Positions 51,651 through 64,000 of a stretch of DNA of 64,000 nucleotides are shown piece after piece. How positions within the stretch are numbered: the stretch's first letter is position 1; each line of letters begins with the position of its first letter. The stretch is from Nageia nagi. Taxonomy: Eukaryota; Plantae; Pinophyta. The stretch is taken from NCBI GenBank assembly GCA_050084985.1, contig JBITNC010000001.1:111972001-112036000 (forward strand), read 5' to 3'. The notes under the pieces were generated by a model, which was given only the letters and a program-made list of their open reading frames with translations, made no database searches and was not told the DNA's origin. The translations under genes and the position numbers were made by a program.

Positions 51651-52960
51651 CCAATCCTCCCATATGACAACATCAGAAATATATCAAATCTAACCTCGAG
51701 GTTCACAATGCTAAATATGCTATACACAAATATTAACAAAAAAAATATGCCTTTCTTTCTTTAAGGAAATCATGAAATTATTTTTTAGATCGCATCAACA
51801 TTCTTAAAAATATATGATTTTTTCCTTTCTTCATAATATTGTCAAAAAAAAATTATTTCTCACACAATCATTATGTATAATTTAAAGCAAAGAAACCAAA
51901 TATTTATCAACTTACTTTCAATTTAATTACATTTTCAATTATATACATATTTAAATTAATTACAATTTAATTCAAAATTATAAAATTCAAACTATAAAAT
52001 GTTATACTTATATCTAATGTTTACATTGGATAAAAATCATTTTTTAAAGTTTAATTGTCAAATGTTATATTTATCAAAATATATATATATATAGAGCATG
52101 CCCATTGCACTTAGTTGCAATAGCTATTTATTACTAAAATCCTTATTTAAAGCATCGATTTCGACGTTGAGCGTTTTTATGAATCTGATTTCAAAAACTG
52201 CACCTATTATTCAGACGGAAAATCACAAGGGGAGACTGTTCTCCGTCCTCATACAGATCTGCGGCTGTTTACCATTCTTTACACAGGTAAAGAAGGCGGC
52301 CTTCATATTCGTTCAAAGGAAGGCACCTGGTTTAGTGCCAAGCCCCTACCGAACTCATTTATTATCAACATCAACGACTGCTTAAAGGTGAGAAAGAACA
52401 TAACGCTATTGTTTTAATGTTTTCGTCCATAAAATAATGAAGGCTATAAAGTGGGCAATTGCAGGCATGGATTAATGGGAGATACCGAAGCACAGAGCAC
52501 CGAGTAGTCCAGAAAGGTTGGGCGGATCGCATATCATTGCCTTATTTCGTGCATTTTTCAGCTGACAAAGAGATTTGGGCTCCTTCCGAACTCGTTGATG
52601 AACACCATCCACGACGTTATAAGCCTTTTACCTTTTTCGAATTCAAGCACAACTTCTACAAGAAGGTGGATTCTAATGAAGAAATGGCTACATTCATCGA
52701 TAGATACTCAGGTTTATAATAGAGCTTTTCGGAATTATTGCTTAAAGATTGCCAATGATAATGTATAGGGGCGCGTACGTCAAATTCTGCTAGTATTTAT
52801 TATATTAACTGTAAATTGAGTGAACGTAAACATTGGAATATGAAAAACATAGCATCAAATGTGATCCGTTCAACTCAAATTTGGTGTTTTATAAAATTAG
52901 GTAATTCTATGTATTTTGCTAGTAATAGATTAAACAATAAAATATATAAATTAGAAAGTA

Positions 52961-53805
52961 TTGAATCGTGGTGTCCTCCTTTGAGATTTAGAAGCTCATT
53001 TTTAAATTGACCGTTGAGATTTTGTTAGAGAGCAATTGGACCAAGAAATAGTTTTTAGCTTTTAGATTTAATTATTTATTTATTTTTTGTTTTACATGGT
53101 CATGTGTGCTTCATTATACTAATGTTGCATATTATCGTACTCTATCTTTTAACTAATCATTTAATTGATAAATAAGACATCCTATCTAGTATAAAAAATT
53201 TATAACAAATATTTAATGAATTAAATAATATTAAAAATAAATTTACCATAATAACATGTGTTATTAAATATAAATATAATCTCTTAAAAGGTAATAGTTC
53301 AATATCATACTTTGAAATAGATATGAAATTATTTTTACGAAATACTTTCTGTCGGTATATTATTATATAATTTCATTTGTATTTATTATATAATGTATTT
53401 TTATTTGATTGAATATAACATTTTCCATTTGAATTTGAATATTTCCTTTATGGATGTTATTTTATTTTCTAATGATATATTTAAGAAAGTGTAGTTTAGC
53501 ATGTATCTTATTATTTACTTTAATTTTATTTTGATTGAATGCAATATTTTCTTGTGAAGAATATAAAAAATATTTTATTAGATTACAATTCCTATAGGTG
53601 CAAACATATAATTAATACCTTATGATTACAAGAACGTTATATTTACAATAAATTTTTATTTTTACCATCATTTTGTCAATTTAGATTTATTATGCTTGAT
53701 AAAATATTTTTACTCATACTACATACTTATGTTTTACTATTATAACTATTAACTTATAACTTAACAACAATCCTTATTCTTTAATACTTTTGAAAGTAAA
53801 AAATT
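52961..53805 (+). mobile_element. Second, related Helitron fragment just downstream of 2OGD copy 3 (right end unclear)
   Basis: 52968-53020 resembles the Helitron 5' region 46712-46765 (GAAGCTCATTTT.AAAT). 53111-53800 aligns to 48612-49325. Confidence 0.75.
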
Positions 53806-53904
53806 ATTGATATGTTCATAACGATATACTTTTTTGATTTCTTTTCAAAATGTCTCTACAAATCAAGATGATTTTTCACAATTAATTTTGGATTATTATT
53901 TTTA

Positions 53905-53906
<2 letters not shown>

Positions 53907-53943
<37 letters not shown>
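53907..53943. repeat. (ATT)n microsatellite
   Basis: Direct observation. Confidence 0.95.
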
Positions 53944-53944
<1 letters not shown>

Positions 53945-56699
53945 TATTTTATTATCATGTAAATTGTTAAGATTATACATAAAAAAATTTATAGGATCTT
54001 GAATAATTGATAAACAATTTATCTTCATTAGGTTTTACAGATTATAGATAAGTATTTATTTTTTAAATTATACATAAAATTTGTAGTAAACAAAAACATA
54101 GCTAAATATTTATAAAATGAAAGTTTATTATAATAATATGAATTTCAACTATTACATTAAACTATGAAATTTTCACATATTCACTTTGATAATGTTGTAT
54201 TCATATGTTATTTTACTTTAGTAATTTGTAATCATATTAGTAGAAAATATAATTATTAAATAAAATATCCACATATGATAAATCCTCCTAATAATGCATA
54301 AGGACAATCCACATAACATCATAATGGATAGAAATTATATTATAACTATTGAAATGTATTAAAAGCCATAAATATGTTGAATCATCTTTGTATGCCAATA
54401 AAATATGATAGATTTCCTCCTTAATCATTATGAGTTGTAAAATTTAGAGGATTGTGCAAGAATATAACGTCATATTTCTTTAAGTATAATTGATATGGGA
54501 GAGAAAAATATATAAAATTTAAATTAACTTTATCAAACTAACAATAAAACCAAAAATGCATTACAATATAATCATAAAGTACTATGTTAAGTTACTATAA
54601 TTATCTAGATAATTATAATTTCTAATTGATATTTTTCATTATAAAAGATTTGATTTTTTTAGTCTATATAATTATTATTACTTTTTAGAATGCTTTGATG
54701 GTTATTTTGTAATTAGAATAGAATAACCTATAAAAATATGTACAATTAGATTTAAATATAAACTAATGAATTTTAGAATTCATATAATCTCTTAATACAA
54801 TTCTTTATAAATAAAAGTTTTCAATGAAGACATCAAATATTTTAGTTTTATTTATATATGACATTCATAGGACATAATTTAACTTTTGTTAATACAAAGA
54901 GATGAAGTTCTCAAAAACTATATATTTTTATAATATACGAACAAAGTGAAAAAATTCCATTTGATAAATTACTTCTCTTCATAATAATTTTTTATATTTA
55001 ATAAGTATAAACTCCATATCTATATTTATTAATATGATTTGTAATATATTTTGATGTATAATTAAGATATAAAAATATAATGTATGATAATAATGTTACC
55101 TTTCTAGTATAGAATCTATAGAATATTATTAAAAATAAATATTATAATATATTAGTATAATAAATAAGATGATTAATATGACCATATAAAAATATGATGA
55201 CTACAATTAATTTATTAAAATATATTATAATCCTTTCATATTATAACAAATAATCTATTATTTATTTACACCCTTGAATAACATTGTATGGAGGGACACT
55301 AGCAATTAAAGAATGATAACCTTGTTATTATGTGAAATATGTGAAATAAATATCAATTATTTGATGAATATATCAATTTGAGGTGAACAAAGTTATTTAT
55401 AGCTAAGAGAAATGTAATGCAGAATGTGGAGTGAAGTATAGAAGAGGAGATCATACCCCCTTCAGTCTACATATTTCTCCATGCCAACCATAGGCCATGC
55501 AATAGATGCTAAGTTATTCACTTGGCATGCATCAATTCCTTAATAACAAGTATCAAGCTGTCCAAATGCAAAATTAACACACTAAATAACATAAAATGAA
55601 TATAAAACACCTATACCTAATGATGGAAGCACAATTTCTGTATCGATCCTCATGCTAGGAAACTACCATTAAGGTGAAGTACAAGAGGGTATTTAATTTT
55701 TTGATTAAATAAGACATTGATATGCCATCAATGCCTTTATGATAGTAGGTCATCAACTTCATAAAGTAAGTGGAGCAAGCCATCCAATTAAGCAGTCGCT
55801 TCATATGTCACCAAATCTTACAAATATCATGTGCTTGTAGCTTCTTGGGAGCAACTTTCTTAAAGATAGAATTTTACCTTGCCAAATGTCTAATAAAAAG
55901 TATTAATAATCCAAATTTTTAGTTATATATCATAGATAGGTATCCACTATCATATGGAAAACTATAAATTGATAGTAATAAAAAGGGTGCAGTGGAAACT
56001 CACCTACATAGTAAATTAGCATGCCATCGATGCTCTAAACTCAATATAAATTTGAATAAAAAATTCAAATGAAACAAACTTTACTTGATACATTTGGGTG
56101 TCATTCAAATAAATTTTAAGGATAAATTACATCTAACATCTATCACTAACACATACAACTCAAAGAAATGGACACTGTCAATGTTGTGCATATGACAATT
56201 TTTAGTTCCCATGAATGAATGGGAGGGATTTAAAATTTTTGCAAGGCAAATGATCCCTCCATATAAATATTTAGGATTTGTATGCATAAAAAGAGGTGAT
56301 GCTCTAATTTGAAGCCCCAAATTCAACTTATAAAATCAAAATTTTATAAAAAATAAGTCATTTTGACATTAATGTCCTTGCCACCTCAAGCACTAAGGAG
56401 GGAACATTGATCTTATCCTAGACGTGGCCAAATTTGCCATGTTACTATCAATTTTGCATGTTTAAAGTGCCCCTTGCACCCATAATTTTTGTAAACTAAG
56501 CAGAGGGATATTTATAGTGATGGATGGCATCAATTGGATAGGTATCCATCGATTAATTACGTGGAGGATAATTCATTTAGTGGAGTGTCTCCATAATCTA
56601 CCATTAAAGCATGCAGTAAGTACATATGAATTTAATGTGTTATATTTTTTATAATCAAAGGAGGTAGAAGTTGGACTAATATCCCAAACGGTACCTTAC

Positions 56700-58410
56700 A
56701 GGACTATAAGGGGCTGATATTAGGTGGGCCTATGGGGACCATAGCTTTGGATTTGGCCAAAGCATTTCCATAAACTTAGCAATCAAATGATGTTTTAGAT
56801 CAATGTAGGCTAGGGGAACTTGCTTATGTATGGATGGTATTGGTAAACATTCCTCTTCTCACAACCTTAGCTATGATATGTGATTAGGATTGCTACTCAT
56901 TTCACCTTTCCATTGGTGAAATGATAGTAACCCTGAAGGATGTGTATCACATTTGGGGTATACCTATCAGGGGTGGCTTAGAATGGTAGCATGAGATGGT
57001 TGACTAAATTAGATGACCATGATTGTGATCACCAATCAGTGAGACTTACAAAGGGTTATAGGTATGTTAGAGTGGGGAGATACCTAAGGCTACATGTGGT
57101 GGCTATTATTAACACCTATCTATGTCTTGATAAAAGTGATTTGCCTTTTCCTCTTAGGTTGACATGGATAGTGCGAGAGATATACACTTAGGGGTGATAG
57201 TGTGCATGGGGGCAACTAGTACTAGCATAACTTTACAAAGATTTATACACATTCATCATTGTTGAGAAGGTCAATGTGATCATTCCTCATGTAGGCCTCC
57301 TATAGGTCTAGGCATATAAGCATATAGTGGTGGTAAGATTGATTAGGCCCCAAAGAGTCAGAGATGACCTAGTAGATATATTCTTAGTTTGTTGGATTGG
57401 TCCACTTGGGGGTTACATGCCATCGCATTCCAGGGAGAAACAAAGGAGGTAGATGGATGACCTATAGGAGGTACATATAGTATGGATGTGCTATGTAGAC
57501 TTTGTATGGTATAATGATGCACATCATTTTACATGGGTTAGATAGTGCCACTTCTTTTAGACAAAGTGGAAGATTATGGAGCATGTGATGAGGCAATTTG
57601 GGGTACTACAACCTATTAAAATTATGCCCCATGTATACCAAAGATACCATGTAGAGTAGGATGTACCTACCAATGTTATAGATATTCAAGCATGGACAAC
57701 TAGGTGGGGAGAGCCACATGCTCTAGATGCCCTAGTAGAGGTGATGTAGATGCTAAGGGTTGCCCCTAGCTATGCAAGATGCTAAGCAAGAGTACAACCA
57801 AGCCCATTGTGCTTAGATGAGGTAGAGAGTGGTGGTGATGGTGAAGATGAAAGCTAGGTGTTTGAGGAGGAGGATCACATCCATGTGGATAATCCAATCC
57901 ATAATGAGTCACCATAAATAAGGGGTCTCAAGGTATTAGCGATAGTTTACCCTACCGTAAGTAAGAAAGACTCAACTCATAGCTTTATGATTCTCAAATA
58001 AAATGGCTAATAAGTGTCATATTTGATATGATAAAGGATGTAGATAGTCAGGTAGCTACCTTGGAGACAAAGTTGGTCATAGTGAAGGTTGCACTAGAAG
58101 TGAGAGATGCAAAAATTGTTTCACTATCATAAATAGTGAAAAGCCTCCAAGATAGGCTCATGATGTCCCAACTAGATTATTAGTGGGATTTTTTATAGAG
58201 TCAACATGATGAAATCATAGCATAAAACCTAGAGATATCTAGGTAGTAGGCTAAGTATGCAAGGGCCAATACCTCTTAGAGACTCATGAACTCACTACTA
58301 GTGGTATCTTAGGTGGAGTCTCTATCTTGGGTATGAGTATAGGTAGTGGGAAGAGGGTATGCTCAAGAAGTGGTGCCTCTAGTAGTGGGGCTAGTGCCCA
58401 CCCATTGTGG
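56700..58410 (+). pseudogene. Decayed antisense PMD plus coiled-coil gene of element B
   Basis: CYSFHLSIGEMIVTLKDVYHIWGIPIRG and AWGQLVLA*LYKDLYTF. Putative intron at ~57957-58036, then QVATLETKLVIVKVALEVRDAKIVSLS. Confidence 0.8.
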
Positions 58411-59299
58411 TGAATGATGTAGGGAAAAGGCCCATATATATCTATTTTTATAAAATTTTGACTCCAAGATATATAGATATGATTCATTATTTGTGGGATC
58501 AACATGCTTTGTTTTCTTATGTTTGTGTTATATTTATATGGTTGATATTGGACACACATAGGCACTATAAACCTTAAAAATTAACTCACTAATAGAATAA
58601 CATGCTAAATACTTGGACATTATATTATGTATAACTAATAACAAGCATAAGACATACATATAAACTAAAATGATACATTACCTAAAGGAACCAAAGGTAC
58701 CTTGGAAAGACTAGGAAAGGACATAAGGGTGTATATGATCATATATGTCATGGTACAATACCTAGGATCAACCTAGACATGAAGACAAAATATTTTGAAT
58801 AATAAAAAGTAAATTTAAAACATTATATCCTAGGAAAACCATGATGTGGGCACCCCAAAATAGAGATCAAAGGGTATTGGTACCATAGATAGAGATGATT
58901 TGGATGCATAGACTATGGAAATTGGAGGGAAAGGATAAATACAAATTAGAAAAATCATTGGATTGGTGTATGCATAGAATAAAAAAGCTAAAAAATACAA
59001 AAATACCCTAGGTACTAATATACATTAATTGTGATATCCAAAAGAGATCTAGGAATAACCTTATGTACCTGGGGAGTTTAGCCACCAAATACACTTCACA
59101 TAGGTAGGAACAAAAAGAGGCACTTTTTAAGTAATCACCCCTACACCATTGATGCCTTAAAAGCAAAACTTTACACTATTGGTGCCACACCATTTGATTC
59201 CATTCTTGTTCCTATGGGGAGGATGGTGCATTTATGTATGAGTGTTATCTAAAAAAGAATGTAAAGTATGATCAACACTTACTTTACTGATGTACCCTC

Positions 59300-61403
59300 A
59301 AGATTGTGAATATGGTAGGGGATTATTGAATACCTAGAGCTATGCATTATCTATATGTATAGGTTCTATCTATGCAACTAGTATTAGATCCATCTTGATT
59401 ATTCCATTATCAATGAATTCCTATATAAGGTTACAAAAAGTCCTGCAATCGTAGGTTAGATGAATAGGTTCCCTATGATAATTGCAAAACTCTTGATATT
59501 GAATATTTTTAGACACACCATTAGTAAACTTAGGTTCAACAATAGGAGGTAATTCAATCAATTTCTCATATAATAATACATTCAAAATATTATCAAAAGT
59601 ATCAATTAAAGGATTATATTGGTGAGTATATTTGAGTGGAGAACTACCTCATGTTTTTGCATGCAACATGATTTGCTTTAACCTTAGTTTGATTTCTAGT
59701 AATTTTTTTCAATGCATGGTTCCTTTTTAGTAATAATGTCAATCATATCTCCTAAATACATATCATGATTAGAAATGAAAAATAGCTTATATATAGAAAA
59801 GAGACCATCATAAAAATATGCTTGAGTTTATGTTCATCCATGGTGAGTTTATTAGTAGTTTGTTTTCATACATTCATAATATCCTACACTTATTGGTTAG
59901 GGAGTTGTTTAGTTTTACACAAGTCCATAAGATAAACCTTCTCAATAATATTATAAGCATAATCATGCAAAAATATGCAAATCAAATCCCCATACCTATC
60001 AATGCTACTTTTGATAAGCTAGAAGTACCATTTTAGAGTCTCATCCTTCAAATTGTAAGAAAAAACTTAACTAGTAAAACTTGGTCATGCATTTATTCAA
60101 TAGCTTCTTCATGAAATTTACAAGCATGCATCCTAGGATTCTACATACCATCAAACTTAGTGGATTTGATACTCTTTTTCTTAGGGATTATTTTGGCAAG
60201 AATTCTATCAATGAGGGGTCTTTTTAAACATGAAAGGAAATCATCTTCACTACTCATAATGTTGTTAGGTCTTATATTGGTCTTTCGGTATGGTGGTGGG
60301 GGAGATGGAGGTTGTTGTATATTATTTAGTATTTAAAGTTGAGTATTTTTTAAAACAACAAACTCATTAGTACAATTAACCTTATCCTAATCAAGTTCAT
60401 GCAATACCTCTACCAAGATTTCCAATTATTAGGATAGAGGTTTTTTATGCCAATCAATATTTTCTTGGATATCCATAATGATACCTATGTTAAGCTCATG
60501 CTCTTCAAGATTCCAAGTTGGTTGTAACTTAAAAGCTTCTCTAATAACTTCAAAAAGTTGCTATTTTACAAGAGTTTTAATCTCATCATTAGATAAAAGA
60601 ATTTGAATTTTACTTTTCTTTTTATGATCAAAGTAATATGGATTAAGGATCAAACTACTATATGATTCTTCTTCTTCATCCTCAAGTTTTGACTGATCAT
60701 CACTTCTTGAAAAATCTTCCTCGTGCAATGGATATTCCAACTCAATGTCAAGATTTAGCTTAGGATCTTCTAAATTAAGATATACATCTCCTACATCATG
60801 AGTATAGTTGAGCACATTGCTTACATCATGCATTTCATGTATAGGTTGAAGATATTTTGAAAATTTCTTATAAAGTAATAAGCTATCTTTATATTCTATA
60901 GCTTTAAAGTGGATATCAAGCAAATTTACATTTATAAGAAGTTCAAATACAATAGAAGCATTATTATGAATTAAAAATTAAGCCTTTCATTATCATATAA
61001 CATTTGTTGAATGGATCAAGTATAGCTAAGAATCTCATCAAGATCAGGGAGTTCATCATCATCAAAATATTCCAAATTAGGAGCGAAATTATTCAAGTTT
61101 TTAGGGTTAAGAATATTATACCGATTAGGAGTCTTGCTAGTATTAGACACTCATTTACTAGAATCTAAAGATTTAGGGTCCTAGATGGTGTTAGTAGTGG
61201 GATTTGAATACATAAGTTAGAATTAATTTGAAGACTTCTTCTAACATTTAAAAATTGTACTTTGGATTTTGAGATGGTAGGGTTTTTTGGTTAAGATCCA
61301 TCTTGCGGAGATAAGTAGAACAAGCCCTAGTTTTATCTTACTTTTTGGCTATTATCTAGAGCACTTCCTCTTTGAAGAGAAAAAGTAGCAAAAATAGATT
61401 CAT
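59300..61403 (-). pseudogene. gag: Decayed gag of element B
   Basis: EDDFLSCLKRPLIDRILAKIIPKKKSIKSTKFDGM*NPRMH (homologous to element A) and zinc knuckle CNYHREPIHLTYDC (C-x2-H-x4-H-x4-C). Confidence 0.8.
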
Positions 61404-61452
61404 GATGTTACAAAAAAAAAATTCCATAGACTAAGACCTAGATGTGTAAGAA

Positions 61453-61469
61453 TGTCGGGTTCACTAAAA
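61453..61469 (-). promoter_or_regulatory. Primer-binding site complementary to tRNA-Trp
   Basis: Plus strand GTCGGGTTCACTA versus the tRNA-Trp 3' end GTCGGGTTCACCA, 3 nt from the LTR. Confidence 0.75.
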
Positions 61470-62149
61470 TGTAGACCCTATATAATGCAATAGTCTAATT
61501 ATTTAGAGGAATTAATGCATGCACTACTTGGTCTATTTATTTGTTAACATAAAGTAGGAATATAATAACAAATGATTAATCATATAGGTTTACTCTATTC
61601 ATATGCACATTCAATTGATTAAGAAAAGTCATACATCAAGAATAAGTAATATAACATACATAAGCACAACGTTGGTGCCCTAGTAATAGTACACTACCAA
61701 CAACATGTTAAGGGTAAAATTAAAGATATGACAAGTTAAAATAACATTCAAATAAATGATTTATCAATATAATAAAAGTGTGATAATGCTTTAGATAAGA
61801 GATTCAATTATTACAGATAAGAATACCTTAAAAAGGTTTTCTTACAAGTGATGTTTGAATCCTTCGTTCTCTATCTGATCTTCAATTGATAGAAGGCTTG
61901 GGTCTTCTATAATATATCTCTTATCTAATCCCCTCTTGATAATAATGCCACCATATGTCTTTGTATTTCTTGAATGGTTTTATATAGGAATGCTTCTAAT
62001 ATAGGATTTGACCCCTTGTACATACCATAAGGGTCAAATACATGGCCAACACCTTTTTTATACATTTTTAATCTCTTTTTAAATAATATATTATTAAAAC
62101 ATTAAAATAATTTATTAAATATATAAAAGTTAATTCTGAGGTGTCTACA
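61470..62149 (-). repeat. 5' LTR of element B (680 bp)
   Basis: TGTAGAC...GTCTACA inverted termini. Its start and the GATTTGACCCC region resemble the element A LTRs. Confidence 0.88.
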
Positions 62150-62599
62150 CTTCTCAATCATGAAAGTATAGTGGTATCAATCTATAAACATAGAAATTCT
62201 TTCAAAATATAAAAGTATAGAGTTATTAATCTATGAACATTTTTAAATATAGAAGTATTCTTAGATTTTATACTCTCTCTTAAAAGTAACTTTCATTTAA
62301 AAAAATTGTTACAATTACTAATCTTTACAAATGTAGAAAGGAACATACATTTCTCAAATGCACTTATAAACTTTTAATTATAAAATAAATATTTTTTATA
62401 TGCAAAAGTAATCAATAGTGAATTATCTACACTAAAATAAGAATTTAGCAAATAAAAAATTCTCATACATAAAAAAATGCACATAAGTTATAATTTTATC
62501 TATGGTTAAAAATAAATAATTATTAATAATTTAAATCTTTATTTAAAAATTGCATTAAAAAATTACACTATACTTTTAAAAAAATTTAAAACTTAAATT

Positions 62600-62960
62600 T
62601 AATTTAATAAAAATTAAAAAAGTTCACCTTTTTTTTAACTTATTAAAGATTCTCTTTTTTAAAAAAAAAAAAGATAAAAAGAACCTTTATTAAAGTTGCT
62701 AAAATTAAAAAAAAAAAAAAACAACTCATTAAAAAAATTATAATGTTCACATTTCCTTTTTTTAACTCATTAAAGGTTCCCTCATTTTAAAAAAAAAAGA
62801 ATAAAAGGATATCATATTAAAGATGCTAAAATTAAAAAAATTAACTCATTAAAAAATTAGAAAGTCCACTTTTTGTTTTTTTTTGAACTCATTAAATATT
62901 TTCTTTAAAGAAAAGGATAAAAGGAGCTCATATTAAAGATGCTAAAATTAAGAAAGTAAC
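62600..62960. repeat. AT-rich ~120-bp tandem repeat (3 copies)
   Basis: TATTAAAG(T/A)TGCTAAAATTAA recurs, with GCTAAAATTA at 62698, 62825 and 62941. Confidence 0.8.
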
Positions 62961-63100
62961 TTTTTTTCTTTTTCTTTAAAAATATTGTATTAAAAAAATT
63001 ATTTTTTACTTATTATTATTTAACAAAAAATAAAAAATTTGGTTTTTAAATAATAATAAAATACAATTTTTTTTAAATTAAAAGATAGAGAAATTTTTTT

Positions 63101-63101
<1 letters not shown>

Positions 63102-63144
<43 letters not shown>
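63102..63144. repeat. Compound (CA)n(TA)n microsatellite
   Basis: Direct observation. Confidence 0.95.
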
Positions 63145-63499
63145 TTCATCAAATTTTTTATATATAGAAAAGATTATAAGCTTTTGTAACATTACTTTTA
63201 CAAAAGAAATTTGTAACCTTTGTTAATATAGCAAGATAATATTTTAACTTTCTTGCTAAAACATAAATTTTACTACAAAAATAATAAATTATATTTTTGT
63301 AAGCTTGCAACCTAGTAATAAAAAATTAGAAGCACTATTTTTTTTAAGATCTTATGTTCTAATCATATACCATATGTTAGATTTAACTTCAATTATGACT
63401 GACATGTTACTAACATAAAAATGTTAGATCTTTGCTAATTACTTTAGCATAAATATGTTAGTATAGATATTAAATTTAAACCTTAAAATAAGAAATTGA

Positions 63500-64000
63500 A
63501 ATATATTAACCATTAAAGTTTCAAATAAAATAACATTGAAACAAGTTTAGAGGTTATATATACCTTAAATTTGAGAAGAGTTATCTCAAACTTATCAAGT
63601 AGAAATTTGAAGAGATTACCATAAGAATGGCTCTAATACCATTTGATAGAATTAAATGATTCCATAAACCAAGATCACTTTGAAGCTTTTTCAAGAAATT
63701 TAACATTGATACTTCTAAGAAAGTAATAATCAATCACACAAAAATAACATATCATGTATATGGGTCTTCTATCTCTTGGGAGTATATCCATTTTGAATCA
63801 TCATTTAATTACTTCTCACAAGATAACTCTCTTACAAATTCTTAAATGTTTTTCTACAAAGCTTTTACAAGAGTATCTCTATAAGACAAGGTATTACCAT
63901 GTTTCATTAAATTTCATACTGAGAGGGGTACCTCTCTATTTAATAGAAAAAATCCATCCTTTAACCATTCTTTTACCTAAGGGTAAGGTTAAATGTGATT
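63500..64000 (-). mobile_element. Probable 5' end of another Copia element (PBS plus LTR running out of the window)
   Basis: GGCTCTAATACCA at 63629-63641 (Met-i PBS with one mismatch), followed by TGATAGAAT at 63644. Same junction as 14583-14608. Confidence 0.6.

Larger units (their letters stand above)
46704..52127 (+). mobile_element. Helitron (~5.4 kb) inserted between A and T without a TSD
   Basis: 5' TT (TC-like). 3' CCCATTGCACTTAGTTGCAATAGCTAT forms a hairpin plus a CTAG variant. The host reading frame rejoins exactly, and a PIF1 helicase remnant lies inside. Confidence 0.88.
46191..52719 (+). pseudogene. 2OG-Fe(II) dioxygenase pseudogene 3 (exons 46191-46579, 46657-46703 + 52128-52387, 52465-52719); exon 2 split by a Helitron
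   Basis: DIPLIDLS, ACKEWRIFRVVNNG, PHTD, GGLHI, NGRYRSTEHRV, RIS. Removing 46704-52127 restores the frame (ADLSL-IITKILI*). In-frame TAA at 52148-52150. Confidence 0.92.
55270..62149 (-). mobile_element. Non-autonomous Gypsy (Tat/Ogre-like) element B, relative of element A; 3' LTR not found
   Basis: LTR at 61470-62149, PBS at 61453-61469, gag at ~59300-61403, antisense PMD at ~56700-58410. Same layout as element A and no pol. Left boundary approximate. Confidence 0.8.

Noticed and set aside
55465-55471. GTCTACA as the end of element B's 3' LTR
   Set aside because: The upstream sequence does not align with LTR 61470-62149, and no TGTAGAC start or CTTCT TSD was found.

Overview
Very AT-rich, transposon-dominated land-plant nuclear DNA. 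It looks gymnosperm-like, which is an inference from the TE families and the PPR/2OGD sequence style. I found no intact host gene. The core is a dispersed cluster of 2-oxoglutarate/Fe(II) dioxygenase (2OGD, DOXC-type) paralogs: three 3-exon copies (21042-22135 -, 31566-32783 +, 46191-52719 +) plus a short exon-1 fragment, all disrupted. LTR elements comprise two related Gypsy/Tat-like elements with no recognisable pol (gag, tRNA-Trp PBS, antisense intron-containing PMD/coiled-coil gene), a full-length Ale-like Copia flanked by a ~540-bp duplication instead of a 5-bp TSD, and two truncated Copia ends. LINEs comprise a full-length L1 with a 15-bp TSD and two older relics. There are several Helitrons: one splits exon 2 of the third 2OGD and carries a decayed PIF1 helicase, and another lies next to a decayed MS1/MMD1-like gene. 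Tandem repeats derived from PLS-class PPR motifs flank the first LTR element. All alignments and counts were made by eye, and boundaries of decayed elements are approximate.
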